The notes under the pieces are model-generated. The model was not told the origin of the DNA. It was given only the letters and a program-made list of their open reading frames with translations, and ran no database searches. The position numbers and the translations under genes are program-made. Source: Candidatus Omnitrophota bacterium (GTDB taxonomy: Bacteria; Omnitrophota; Gorgyraeia; Duberdicusellales; 4484-171). Taken from it: a stretch of 64,000 nt of DNA. The stretch lies in NCBI GenBank assembly GCA_003154195.1, contig PMCS01000008.1:143366-207365 (forward strand), in the 5' to 3' direction. Shown one piece after another: positions 30,796 to 40,520 of this stretch. How positions within the stretch are numbered: position 1 is the stretch's first letter; the number at the start of each line of letters is the position of its first letter.

Positions 30796-31890
30796 ATGAA
30801 AAAAATCATCATCGTTGCCGGCGATAAATCCGGCGATCTCTACGGCGGATTTCTCGGCCAAAAACTGTCCGAGAAATCCGATGAGATAGAAATTTACTCC
30901 TTTGGTGGAGAAAAACTGGCGGCACACTCAAAACAGCTCATTAACCTTTTAGAGCACTCCGTCACCGGCCTCGTCGAAGTCTTATTCTCTTTAAAAAAAA
31001 TCATCGCTACCTTCAACCAAATTATTACCAAAATCCACGAAATAAAACCTGATTTGATTATTCTCATCGATTTTCCCGATTTTAACCTGCGGCTGGCGAA
31101 AAAACTGAACAAAAAATACCCACTTTTTTATTACGTCAGTCCGCAAGTCTGGGCCTGGCGCAAAGAGCGCGTTAAAGAAATAAAAAAATACGTGGATAAA
31201 ATGGTAGTGATCTTTAATTTCGAAAAAGACTTCTACCAAAAAGAAGGCGTGGACGCGCTGTATTTCGGCCACCCGCTTCTGGAAATCGTTAAAAAAACCA
31301 ATCCCTCCACGCAAAAAATCATAACTCTGATGCCCGGCTCGCGGCGCAACGAAATAAAAAAGCACTTACCCGTAATGCTTGCGGCGGCAAAAATTATCAA
31401 ACAAGCCTTGCCCGATTATAATTTCCGAATTATCCGCCCGCCGAATATCAACAAAATGTTCTACAAAGATCTATTGTCGGGTATGGATATAGTAGATATA
31501 GAAATTAAAGACCATTCCTACCAGGCAATCGAAGAATCGGCGTTTGTCATCGCTTCCAGCGGCACAACTACAGTAGAGCTGGCGATATTAGAAGTCCCCT
31601 TTATCCTGATGTATAAAGTCAATAGCTTAAGCTGGTTTTTAGTCCAGCGATTGGTTAACGTAAAATTCGCCGGAATGGTAAATATTCTGGCGGGAAGAAA
31701 AATCATCGAGGAATTTTTGCAGGATCAAGCAAGCGCGGAAAATTTAGCTAAAGCGGCAATCGAAGTTATGAAAACAAAAGAAAAATACAATCAGATAAAA
31801 ACCGACCTCAAAAATATCAAGACAATCCTCTCTCCTGAAGGCGCCACGGACAGCTTCGCAAGATACATAGAATCATTTCTGAAAAAATAA
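30796..31890 (+). CDS. lpxB: Lipid-A-disaccharide synthase
   Basis: AGDKSGD, IDFPDFN, YVSPQVWAWR, PGSR, SGTTTVE. Confidence 0.96.
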   Translation: MKKIIIVAGDKSGDLYGGFLGQKLSEKSDEIEIYSFGGEKLAAHSKQLINLLEHSVTGLVEVLFSLKKIIATFNQIITKIHEIKPDLIILIDFPDFNLRLAKKLNKKYPLFYYVSPQVWAWRKERVKEIKKYVDKMVVIFNFEKDFYQKEGVDALYFGHPLLEIVKKTNPSTQKIITLMPGSRRNEIKKHLPVMLAAAKIIKQALPDYNFRIIRPPNINKMFYKDLLSGMDIVDIEIKDHSYQAIEESAFVIASSGTTTVELAILEVPFILMYKVNSLSWFLVQRLVNVKFAGMVNILAGRKIIEEFLQDQASAENLAKAAIEVMKTKEKYNQIKTDLKNIKTILSPEGATDSFARYIESFLKK

Positions 31891-31905
31891 GCCGCAAGAA
31901 TACCG

Positions 31906-31996
31906 TGTCCACAGATTGCTCAGATTTTACAGATTAACTTTTAATTCTATACTGCCTAATCCATATTTTCTGATAAATCAGCGAAATCTGTGGACA
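31906..31996. repeat. Family B inverted cassette (GTCCACAGATT...AATCTGTGGAC), copy 1
   Basis: tgtccacagattgctcagattttacagatt ... aaatcagcgaaatctgtggaca. Confidence 0.87.
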
Positions 31997-32018
31997 AGAC
32001 TTTTTGTTTTTAAATATT

Positions 32019-35000
32019 TTACTTCCACGCTTTTGCCGCCAATTCATCTATAGTTTCTTTCGCCGAGACATCTTTCATAAACGTAATCACAAATTGCAAG
32101 CGGTTAAAATGCGGGTTGAGACGGCTATCGGCCAGAGCTGCGTCCATGCCGGGGCCGCTGGTTTGAAGATTAAAGCTCTTGCCGGTGACGTCGATACCGC
32201 CCAAGGGCGTTGAGCCGGTCCCCTCCGGGGAGGCTCCGCTTCGCTCCGCGCTTGAGCCCGTTGAAGAAAGCGGCGAGGCGGCGGATTGTCTTTCTGCTTT
32301 TCCCCCCAGAGGTGAAGCGGCGGCTCTTCTTTCTTCTTCCCTCACCCCCTCTCCTTTGACATCTAACAGGACAAACTTATCCGACATATCCATACTGTTA
32401 TATTTATCTGGACCGAACCCAATATCGGTAAATGTCTGCCAGCTATCCCTGTGCAACGGTACAACGCTGATAGTCTTACCTTGCTGGTAAACTGTCATTT
32501 TAGGAATAGTTATTTCATTAGAGAAATTAAACGACCCTCCAATTTCCGCCGGCAAAGCGATACCGATACAATCGAGTTTTCGCGCGGTAACAGATAGTCC
32601 CCTGAATACATTCATTAATAATTTTCCGCCGTCAAGAGAAGGAGAATTAAGCGTATCTATGGTCAGGACTCTTTCGCCTTTATCGGTCACGCCAACCATC
32701 AACCCGATATATCCTTTAAGTTCTTTTCCTTTATAAACAAAATAGTATTGCGTATCTTCATGCATTGTCCGGGTAAACGGAAATCCCTTATCCGTATCCA
32801 TAAAGAAAGAACAATCGATCATCCCGGCCCGGCCGCGGAAGGCCGCCAAAAATCCCTGGCCGACAAAACGATAGTTGGTATTTCCCGCACGCTGGACGGA
32901 TACTAACGCCGGCCGGGATAAATCTTCCAGCAACTTGCTCACCGCCTTAATCTTCTCCGCCTTTATCCCCAAAGAATCAGGTAAGTGCTTTTTGTAACCT
33001 TCGAAGTTTATAAGTGCGGCGGTGAGCCGCTCAATATCGGTTGAATCAAGATCACTGGCCAATGCTTCATCGGATAAAACATCGGCGACGATTAAATCTC
33101 GCATCAACCCAAAGCAGGCTGCTTCGATTACATTATCCCCGCGGTTGCCTCTGGCCAATTTTTCAGCCAAAAGAAATACAGTCTTATAAAATTCCTTCCG
33201 GTTATCCCTGAAATACTGTTCCATATCGTCTGTGGAAGGATATTCAATATGGAAGCGTCCACCGCCTAGCAGCCTTCCTTCGGTAACAGCTTTACGACGC
33301 TGCATCTCATAATAGATCCCTTTAACACTGGAAAATTTATGCCCCGGGCCGAATACTTTTGCGATCAGGCTCAAATCGTCTATGCCTTTTTTTATCTCCC
33401 TTAACTGCCGGGCATGTTCATCGATCACCACGGAATTGACGGAAGTGGCGTCAAGCACAGTAACCCCTTCTTCGCTTACCTCAAAACCAGGCAGCGCCCG
33501 TTTCTTAGCAAACATCTTCTGCCAACTGCCGGGATACTTGGCGTCGTATTCCTTAAATTTAGCCAAGCGCTCTTTTAATTCGTCAAGGGTCATATTGATG
33601 CCCGCGACTCTTATCCCGGCATAAGCATACCAAACCGACGCCTCGTCGTCGTAGTTGAAACCGGCGTCATCGTCAACCGCCGCCGCGGCATCACGCATAA
33701 TTTCCTCTAAGGCAGCGCGGGAATCTTCTTCGGTTAAATACCACTCCACGACTTTTGGCTCATATGGTAAATTGCTCTTGCTCCACAATTTATATTTTTT
33801 ATAATCCTCACCAGCGTTCATCCCTTGTCGGGCCAGCTCATCGCTATAGACTAAGACTAAAGCTTGGGCTGCAGCCTGGACTACATCATGATTTCCATTA
33901 ACAACGCTCCTTAAGGCATCACGGGTGGCTTCTTTTTCCTGCTGGTCCATCCCGGCGTAAGCCAAACCCAAGGCTTTGGCCGCGGCCAGGCATACCGCCC
34001 AATCTTCGGCGGCGGCGGTAAGTCGGCTTCTTAATTCATCCAGCGACATATTATTCTGCCGAAACATCGCGGCATAAATCAAGCCTAACGCGTTGGCTCC
34101 AACTCGACACAAATCAAGCTCCGCATAGGTAAGCGTGCTTTTTAAAGCCTCGGCTATCCCCTTTGCTATACCCGGTTGTCGGACCAGTTCGCTGCCGACC
34201 AGGCCTAAAGCCTGGGCCGCGGCCTTGATTACGTCCCAATTCGGGTCATTAAGTTTGCTTTTAAAAATTTCTACTATCTCCGGAGAGACTTCTTCTCCCT
34301 GTCGGGCTAATACGGTATAGATCAAGCCTAAAGCTTCGACTACGGCCAAGCGCACCCACCCATCTTCGTCGCTGAGCTTACTTTTAAAAGCCTCTACTAT
34401 CTCCGGGGGGACTTTTTTTGCATGCCGCGCCAATTCACTGCAGACGGTGCCTAATATTTGGGCCGCGACACGCGACATACCAGAATCCTGATCGGTGAGT
34501 TTCTCCCTAAAGTAACCTATTTCCCGGAGCAGAAAAGCTTCTTCTTCCGGTTGTCCAGCCATTTCAGTATAGAATATACCTAAAGCTTTGACCGCGGCCT
34601 GGCTTACGGGATCAAACCTGTCAGTAAGCTGAATTTTTAAAGCCTCTACTATCTCCGGGGGAACTTTTTCTGCCCTTCGTGCCAGCGCGGCACAGGCCAT
34701 GCCTAAAGCTCCAACCATAGCCTGGCGTACAACCCAATTTCTTTCGACATCAAGTGCGTCTTTTAATTCAGTTAAGTCTGCTCTTTTTCCATTTCGGGCT
34801 AACGCGGTGTAGATTGCGCCTAAAACTTGGGCTGCGTCTCGGCGTATGCTATAATTCGAATCGCTCAAATCGCTAAGCTTGCTTTTTATCTCTGAGGCCA
34901 GGAAGGCTTCTCTCCCCGGTTGTCCAGCCAGTTCGGTGTAGACCAAGCATAAAGCATCAATCAAAGCCAGGCGCATGTCCGCATTCATTTCACCAACAAG

Positions 35001-38000
35001 CAGGCCTTTAAAAGCCTCTATCTCTCGGAAGATTTCTTTTCCCTTTCGCGCCATCTCAGTATAGACCAAACCTAAAGCTTTAATCGCATTTTGGCGTGTT
35101 TTAGGAGACTCAACGGAGCTGTAAACGGAGGTGTATTTACGTTGTAAATCAGTTAAGTCGACTTCTTTTCCCTGTCGGACCATCTCACTGTAAATCAGCC
35201 CCAAAGATTCAATCGCGGCCTGGCGTACGTTATCATCCCAATCGTTAAGTCTGTTTTTTAAAAGAGTTAAGTTGACTTCTTCTCCCCTACGAATCAGTTC
35301 GCTGTAGAATAAACCTAAAGCTTGAGCCGCGGCCTTGCGTATATACCAATTCTTGTCGTGAAGATCGCCTTCTATGGACAGCATGGATCGAACCGCTCGC
35401 TGGGAAAGAGTCAGGGGTTTATCGCTCTTAGGCAGAGTAAAAGTCCGGACCGGCGAAGCGGCGGATGAACTCTCTGCTTTTTTTCCGAGGGGCGCGACAT
35501 CCCTGGCGACCGCACATCTACCATGTGTTATATCATGGCCGTTGAACCGGTTAACATCTCTTAAATCGACACGGGGTTGGTTGGAGAACATCCTTTTATA
35601 AAAATCGAGAATATCGGGATTGTTGCTTCCCAATCCCGGATCTGACTCATCTCTCATGGGAACGAGTACTTTTGTCGCGCCGAGGGAACGGGCGATTTTC
35701 TCTTCGTAATCCAAAACCTGCCTCATCAAATCTTCGGTGACAATGCTTTCCGTAACTTCCTTGCGCGGGCTGAAGCCACGGTCGATAAGGACAGGCTCGT
35801 TGGTCCCGGCAATGGCATTACCAATAATAAGAAGAGTACCGCCTAAAAGGTCGTTAGTATCGGCATCGACAAGCACCAAGGCCACCATGTTATCGTTGTC
35901 TTCCATGGTATGATTTGTGCGCGTCCAACATTCGTCACTAAAATAGCCGATAAATTCGGCAAGCCAGCCCCTGGTGGGAACGATTTTTATCCTCCGGGTA
36001 AAACCGCCTGCCTTTATGCGTTCGCTCTCGTCTCTTAAGGCCTTGGCATCGATCGGCTTAAACAGGGCCCGGGCTCTTTGTTGATCATTGGAAATACCTT
36101 CCGAAGGAAAACCATCGACGAGTTCAATTAATTTAGAGATAGTCTCATGGGTCAACTCCTTGCCGCGACGGCCTCTAAAATATTCCAACAACTTTGACAA
36201 GCCGGTGTTATGATAAAAAGCGTAGGTAAGTAGTAACCTCCTGACCACCGGCCTAGTCGTTTTAACAGAGTTTATCGTTGTTATTGTCTCGATGGTTAAA
36301 TTCAATAAAGGAAATTGCCCCTTGGGCGCGGCTTCAAGCTCTGACCTGGCTGATCTTAACAATCTCAGTTTTCTTTCTACATCCGCTATCTTTCTCGCCT
36401 CCGTAGCTTCACTAGGCGTATGCGATAACTTCTCGACTTCCTTATCAATCAGAGAGAATAAATCCAGAATCGTAGCGTCATAGGGCGATTTATCTTCTCC
36501 CGCCACGGCGATAGCATCAATCGCGCCTTCAACCGCCTCAACCATTCCTTTACCATAGCTTGCCGCGTCAGCCCCAAGGCCCTGTTGTTTACCGGTAGAG
36601 ACTACGATTGATTCTTCCAACAAGGGGAAACCTTTTGGTAAAGCGGCCATATCTTTATCTTCTTCCTTCTTTTTTTTCTCGTAAGCCTTTTTATAATAAC
36701 CATAAATCGCGTCAAACGGTTCAACCCCATCCTCTCCCCTATGCAGGCTGGTATCGTAATGGACGATATGACGCAATAAAGCATTGACTTCGGGGTCGGA
36801 AATATTTAAATCACCCGGCAAGACAGCGTCAAAGAGATGGCCGAAAATTTTACGGTGTAGCTCACCTTTAATGAATACGCTGTTTTGTCCGCTCGGCTCT
36901 GTCCTTGGCTCTACTGCCGGCGAGGCGACAACTCTTTCTTTTCGTCCCGCGTCCGAGTGACCGGAGGGAACGGACGTCCTACGTCCTACGGATAGCTTTG
37001 CGTTTTGCCCTGTTGCCGGCGACCCGGCTCGCCCCGAAACAATAACCTCACTGCTGATTACTTTTACACCATGGCCTTCACAGATATCGGCTATCGTAAA
37101 CCTGGGAGGAAGGTTTGGCCTAACTTCCAGATTAAAAGCCTTTGGGGTAAAAATTGTTCCGCCCGAAGTATACCGACGCCGCACCGGATGCTTGGTAGCG
37201 CTATCCTGCTCCCGCTTGATACAGTTATAGACACCTCCCTTGTAAGCCTGGACATAAAGGTTAAAGATTTTATCTTTTACGTTCTTGTCGTTTAAATCAA
37301 TCCCGGCGATCTTACTCTGGTCGATGTAGTATTTATAGAAGGTATTTTGGAATTTCTTGCGGAACCAGACGGCTAAGATAAGGGAGTGGTAGATTTGGCG
37401 AAGGGTCGCAAAGCTCTTTCCCTGGTTGACTTCTTGGTTGACTTGAGGCAGAATTACTTCTTTGAATACATTTGAAGCGATCTCATCAGCTTTTTCTTTT
37501 TCATCCTTCATCCTTCGTCCTTCATCCTTCGATTGACCGCGCTGCGCCGCAGTGTAATCGCGCTCATGCATCGTCTTCAGGCTGGCTTCCAGGACAAACG
37601 CCGTATCCCCTTTCTCATAAACCACGCTCTTCTGGGGCATGACCCAGACTTTGTTGTAGGTGTTGATAGAACCGTTGATCCCGTTGAGCCGGTTTTGCCG
37701 GTTGAGCCCGTTAGAATTGGTTTTTGCGATAACCTCATTCCAATACCTTTTTCCCAATTCTGTTTCCGGATAAGTCAAAGAAGAAACGAGTTGCTTCAGG
37801 CAATAATCCTGCCCTAACAGGTCTTTACCGAGATCGGTCAGGGCTAAATTGTCTGAAGCGACTCGTTCCCCTTCATAAGGTGACAGGTTGACCCATAACT
37901 CTTCCTGGGGAAGAGTTAACCCTGCCAGAAAATACTTGATAAGACGATTAGCTTCTTCTTTGGTGACATCTTCTTTATTGGCGGTATCGACTAAGAATTC

Positions 38001-38255
38001 TATGTTGAGAGGGTTTTTAGGATTAAAACGTAAACCTTTAAGCACGGGATAAGAGAACTTTTCCGAAAGGTTGAGGAGTTTGGTCGGGGCTGGAAGGTTG
38101 TAGATCGCACCGGTAGGCTGGGGAGCCGGGGATACGGAAACGGCTTCCGCCATGATTTCCGGCGCGAATGAAGAAAAAAATATCGCGCCGGAAAGAAATA
38201 CAGCGGTGCACCTGAACAGAATAGTACTTCTGCGTATTGGGATTAGCTGGGTCAT
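32019..38255 (-). CDS. Giant (~2080 aa) modular, probably exported protein: conserved N-domain, two cargo domains, ~13 HEAT repeats, C-terminal GGID motif
   Basis: Uninterrupted ORF. Signal-like RRSTILFRCTAVFLSGAIFFSSFA. Conserved block LIKYFLAGLT..LWVNLSPYE..LKQL..YPE..NKVW..LRQIYHSLILA. HEAT units of the form D..W.VR.AAAQALG. ASP linkers. The start codon is uncertain (ORF track gives 38306). Confidence 0.9.
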   Translation of the reverse strand: MTQLIPIRRSTILFRCTAVFLSGAIFFSSFAPEIMAEAVSVSPAPQPTGAIYNLPAPTKLLNLSEKFSYPVLKGLRFNPKNPLNIEFLVDTANKEDVTKEEANRLIKYFLAGLTLPQEELWVNLSPYEGERVASDNLALTDLGKDLLGQDYCLKQLVSSLTYPETELGKRYWNEVIAKTNSNGLNRQNRLNGINGSINTYNKVWVMPQKSVVYEKGDTAFVLEASLKTMHERDYTAAQRGQSKDEGRRMKDEKEKADEIASNVFKEVILPQVNQEVNQGKSFATLRQIYHSLILAVWFRKKFQNTFYKYYIDQSKIAGIDLNDKNVKDKIFNLYVQAYKGGVYNCIKREQDSATKHPVRRRYTSGGTIFTPKAFNLEVRPNLPPRFTIADICEGHGVKVISSEVIVSGRAGSPATGQNAKLSVGRRTSVPSGHSDAGRKERVVASPAVEPRTEPSGQNSVFIKGELHRKIFGHLFDAVLPGDLNISDPEVNALLRHIVHYDTSLHRGEDGVEPFDAIYGYYKKAYEKKKKEEDKDMAALPKGFPLLEESIVVSTGKQQGLGADAASYGKGMVEAVEGAIDAIAVAGEDKSPYDATILDLFSLIDKEVEKLSHTPSEATEARKIADVERKLRLLRSARSELEAAPKGQFPLLNLTIETITTINSVKTTRPVVRRLLLTYAFYHNTGLSKLLEYFRGRRGKELTHETISKLIELVDGFPSEGISNDQQRARALFKPIDAKALRDESERIKAGGFTRRIKIVPTRGWLAEFIGYFSDECWTRTNHTMEDNDNMVALVLVDADTNDLLGGTLLIIGNAIAGTNEPVLIDRGFSPRKEVTESIVTEDLMRQVLDYEEKIARSLGATKVLVPMRDESDPGLGSNNPDILDFYKRMFSNQPRVDLRDVNRFNGHDITHGRCAVARDVAPLGKKAESSSAASPVRTFTLPKSDKPLTLSQRAVRSMLSIEGDLHDKNWYIRKAAAQALGLFYSELIRRGEEVNLTLLKNRLNDWDDNVRQAAIESLGLIYSEMVRQGKEVDLTDLQRKYTSVYSSVESPKTRQNAIKALGLVYTEMARKGKEIFREIEAFKGLLVGEMNADMRLALIDALCLVYTELAGQPGREAFLASEIKSKLSDLSDSNYSIRRDAAQVLGAIYTALARNGKRADLTELKDALDVERNWVVRQAMVGALGMACAALARRAEKVPPEIVEALKIQLTDRFDPVSQAAVKALGIFYTEMAGQPEEEAFLLREIGYFREKLTDQDSGMSRVAAQILGTVCSELARHAKKVPPEIVEAFKSKLSDEDGWVRLAVVEALGLIYTVLARQGEEVSPEIVEIFKSKLNDPNWDVIKAAAQALGLVGSELVRQPGIAKGIAEALKSTLTYAELDLCRVGANALGLIYAAMFRQNNMSLDELRSRLTAAAEDWAVCLAAAKALGLAYAGMDQQEKEATRDALRSVVNGNHDVVQAAAQALVLVYSDELARQGMNAGEDYKKYKLWSKSNLPYEPKVVEWYLTEEDSRAALEEIMRDAAAAVDDDAGFNYDDEASVWYAYAGIRVAGINMTLDELKERLAKFKEYDAKYPGSWQKMFAKKRALPGFEVSEEGVTVLDATSVNSVVIDEHARQLREIKKGIDDLSLIAKVFGPGHKFSSVKGIYYEMQRRKAVTEGRLLGGGRFHIEYPSTDDMEQYFRDNRKEFYKTVFLLAEKLARGNRGDNVIEAACFGLMRDLIVADVLSDEALASDLDSTDIERLTAALINFEGYKKHLPDSLGIKAEKIKAVSKLLEDLSRPALVSVQRAGNTNYRFVGQGFLAAFRGRAGMIDCSFFMDTDKGFPFTRTMHEDTQYYFVYKGKELKGYIGLMVGVTDKGERVLTIDTLNSPSLDGGKLLMNVFRGLSVTARKLDCIGIALPAEIGGSFNFSNEITIPKMTVYQQGKTISVVPLHRDSWQTFTDIGFGPDKYNSMDMSDKFVLLDVKGEGVREEERRAAASPLGGKAERQSAASPLSSTGSSAERSGASPEGTGSTPLGGIDVTGKSFNLQTSGPGMDAALADSRLNPHFNRLQFVITFMKDVSAKETIDELAAKAWK

Positions 38256-38405
38256 AACTAATCCAGAAAATACGTCCGGTAAAACGTATTTTCTGCTCCT
38301 TAGCAACAGACAGGCATCGCCTGTCTCTACGCATTATATTTAACATATTTAATCGGGGAAAACCGGAAAAAGGGAGGGTTTTTGAGGGATTTTTGAAAAC
38401 GCTTT

Positions 38406-38456
38406 CTAATCCGGACGAGCCGGAAACAAAAAAAGAAAAAAGCTCGTCCGGATTAG
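38406..38456. repeat. Hairpin with CTAATCC/GGATTAG termini
   Basis: ctaatccggacgagc ... gctcgtccggattag, a 15-bp perfect stem. Confidence 0.8.
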
Positions 38457-38487
38457 CTATATCTTGCTCGCGGAAAAAAACTATAAA

Positions 38488-38670
38488 TCATTTTCTAACC
38501 CTACTCTTTAAAAACTCTGTCATTTCTTTACCGGATTTAAAACGTAATTCATCCTTGGTTGATTCGCCGAAAAGGGCTTTCTCTGCCGCTTTTAAATCTT
38601 CCTGACAATATTTATCTTCAAGAATAACTTCCTTAGGGGTCATAATTATCTTGTTATCTACATATATTTC
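38488..38670 (-). pseudogene. Probable remnant C-terminal half of an AbrB/MazE-type antitoxin
   Basis: Hand translation EIYVDNKIIMTPKEVILEDKYCQEDLKAAEKALF...FKSGKEMTEFLKSRVRK*. The resemblance is recalled, not searched. Confidence 0.4.
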
Positions 38671-39115
38671 ATACCGCGACTTTCACCACTACCTTACGCA
38701 CCGCGCCATTACCGGCGAGCGGGGCGTGAGCATCTTCGGGAAAAAATATGACGAATCTACCGGACGTAAGGGCGAACCAGGCCTGCGGCGTATCTTTTAA
38801 TATGCCGAAATCTTTTTTCTTATTATATTTCTGGTCCACGCTGAAGCAATCCGCCAACGACAACCAACCGATAACATCCACGCCGCTTACGCAGTATTGG
38901 ATATCGATGAATTTACGGTGAAATTCTAATTTAGAATCATCCTTCCCTCTTCCATTCGAAACCGCAACCGTGGCAAAAAGTTTTTTCCCGTTTAATTCAT
39001 ATTTGCCGTCTTTTAACTCGCGGGGGTTACTTTTACATAAAAAGGCAAACGCTTCCTTGAAGGCAGGATGCAAGGCGTAATAAATTTTAGCGTTTTCTAA
39101 GGTATCAATGATCAT
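38669..39115 (-). CDS. YhcH/YjgK/YiaL family protein
   Basis: MIIDTL, EFHRKFIDIQY, FFPEDAHAP, KVVVKV. Confidence 0.92.
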   Translation of the reverse strand: MIIDTLENAKIYYALHPAFKEAFAFLCKSNPRELKDGKYELNGKKLFATVAVSNGRGKDDSKLEFHRKFIDIQYCVSGVDVIGWLSLADCFSVDQKYNKKKDFGILKDTPQAWFALTSGRFVIFFPEDAHAPLAGNGAVRKVVVKVAV

Positions 39116-39129
39116 AGCCTATCCTTCAC

Positions 39130-39306
39130 TCATTGCGTTAACTCTCTTATTTTCTCCTCAATCATCTTAACATGTTTTTCCTCTTCGTTGATTAAGGAAC
39201 CTAACAAATCGCCAATGGAAGAATGTTCGAGCGCCAATCTTCGATATAATTTAACCGACGCTTTTTCCTTACTTAAAGCCAATTCCAATGCTTCCAGGGG
39301 TATCAT
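39130..39306 (-). CDS. Small ferritin-like/rubrerythrin half-domain protein
   Basis: ALSKE..Y..LA..L.NEEEKH; GGAGG RBS. Confidence 0.75.
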   Translation of the reverse strand: MIPLEALELALSKEKASVKLYRRLALEHSSIGDLLGSLINEEEKHVKMIEEKIRELTQ

Positions 39307-39362
39307 AACGCCTCCTTTTAGAAACAAAAACTTTGGTCCACAGATATTTTTTTATTTATGGC

Positions 39363-40355
39363 TTATCCCTGAATGCTTGCCATATGTTCACACCCGGACG
39401 AACGAAACTCGCCGATAAAACCGTCCATTTCTTGTTTAGTCTTGGCCAGAAACGCCCGCATCCGCAACGGCCTTACCCGGGAAAACCCCTTGGTATACCA
39501 GCCGAAGAATTTGCGAAAATGCAAAACCCCCCGCGCTTCGCCGTAAAGTTCGACATTCATTCCCAAATGCCGTTCCATAATCCCGGCGACAACTTCCAGC
39601 GCCGGCCGTTCTGGTAGAATCCCGGTTCGGCAAAATTCTTCGATTTCCTTAAAAATCCAGGGATTACCCGTGGCGCCGCGCGCCACCATCACCACGTCAC
39701 AGCCGGTCTCATCGAACATCCTTTTGGTTAACCGGCCGCTTAGTATATCCCCGCTGGCGATCACCGGGATTGTTAAAGATTTTTTAACTTTCGCGATAAT
39801 ATCATAATCGACCGCGCCGCTATATCCCTGTTTTCGCGTCCGGCCATGGACCGAAACCGCAGCCACGCCGCAATCCTGGGCCAGCTTGGCTATCTCTACC
39901 GCGTTTATCGAGGAACTATCCCAGCCGGCGCGAATCTTAACGGTTACCGGAACGGTTGAACGGGCAACCATAGAAGTAAGCAATTCCTTTAATTTATCAG
40001 GTTGGCGCATCAACCCTGAACCCGCACCGGATCGGATAACTTTCTTTACCGGGCAAGCAGCGTTTAAATCAAGAATATCAAATTTATAACCGGCCAGACA
40101 GTCAATCGCGCGCGCGATAATATCCGGCTCGTGGGTAAGCAGTTGTATCCCTAACGGCTGGTCAGCCGCGCAAGACTTAAGGATTATCTGCGCTTCGTTA
40201 CTCTTATAGCAAAGCGACCGGCCGCTGATCATCTCAGTAAACGCGAATGCGCATCCGGCCTCCCGGCTGACCAGCCGGAACGGCAGGTCGCTCACTCCCG
40301 ATAAAGGAGCAAGGATGTAAGGTTTTTCTAAGGTGAATTTTCCTATTTTAACCAT
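39363..40355 (-). CDS. dusB: tRNA-dihydrouridine synthase (DusB type)
   Basis: LAPLSGVSD, DLNAACP, VTVKIRAG, VHGRT, GNPWIF; start placed at MVKIG. Confidence 0.9.
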   Translation of the reverse strand: MVKIGKFTLEKPYILAPLSGVSDLPFRLVSREAGCAFAFTEMISGRSLCYKSNEAQIILKSCAADQPLGIQLLTHEPDIIARAIDCLAGYKFDILDLNAACPVKKVIRSGAGSGLMRQPDKLKELLTSMVARSTVPVTVKIRAGWDSSSINAVEIAKLAQDCGVAAVSVHGRTRKQGYSGAVDYDIIAKVKKSLTIPVIASGDILSGRLTKRMFDETGCDVVMVARGATGNPWIFKEIEEFCRTGILPERPALEVVAGIMERHLGMNVELYGEARGVLHFRKFFGWYTKGFSRVRPLRMRAFLAKTKQEMDGFIGEFRSSGCEHMASIQG

Positions 40356-40370
40356 ATAAAAACTTTTTTT

Positions 40371-40498
40371 GTCCACAGATTGCTCAGATTAGAAAATATG
40401 GAATCAAGCTCGAAACAAAATAGAATATCGGTATTTTCGCAATCTATTAGTTTATATTTTTCCCACAAAATCTGTGAAAATCTGCGTAATCTGTGGAC
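40371..40498. repeat. Family B inverted cassette, copy 2
   Basis: gtccacagattgctcagatt ... aatctgtgaaaatctgcgtaatctgtggac. Confidence 0.87.
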
Positions 40499-40520
40499 CG
40501 ATTATTCTTTGGTTAAAATT

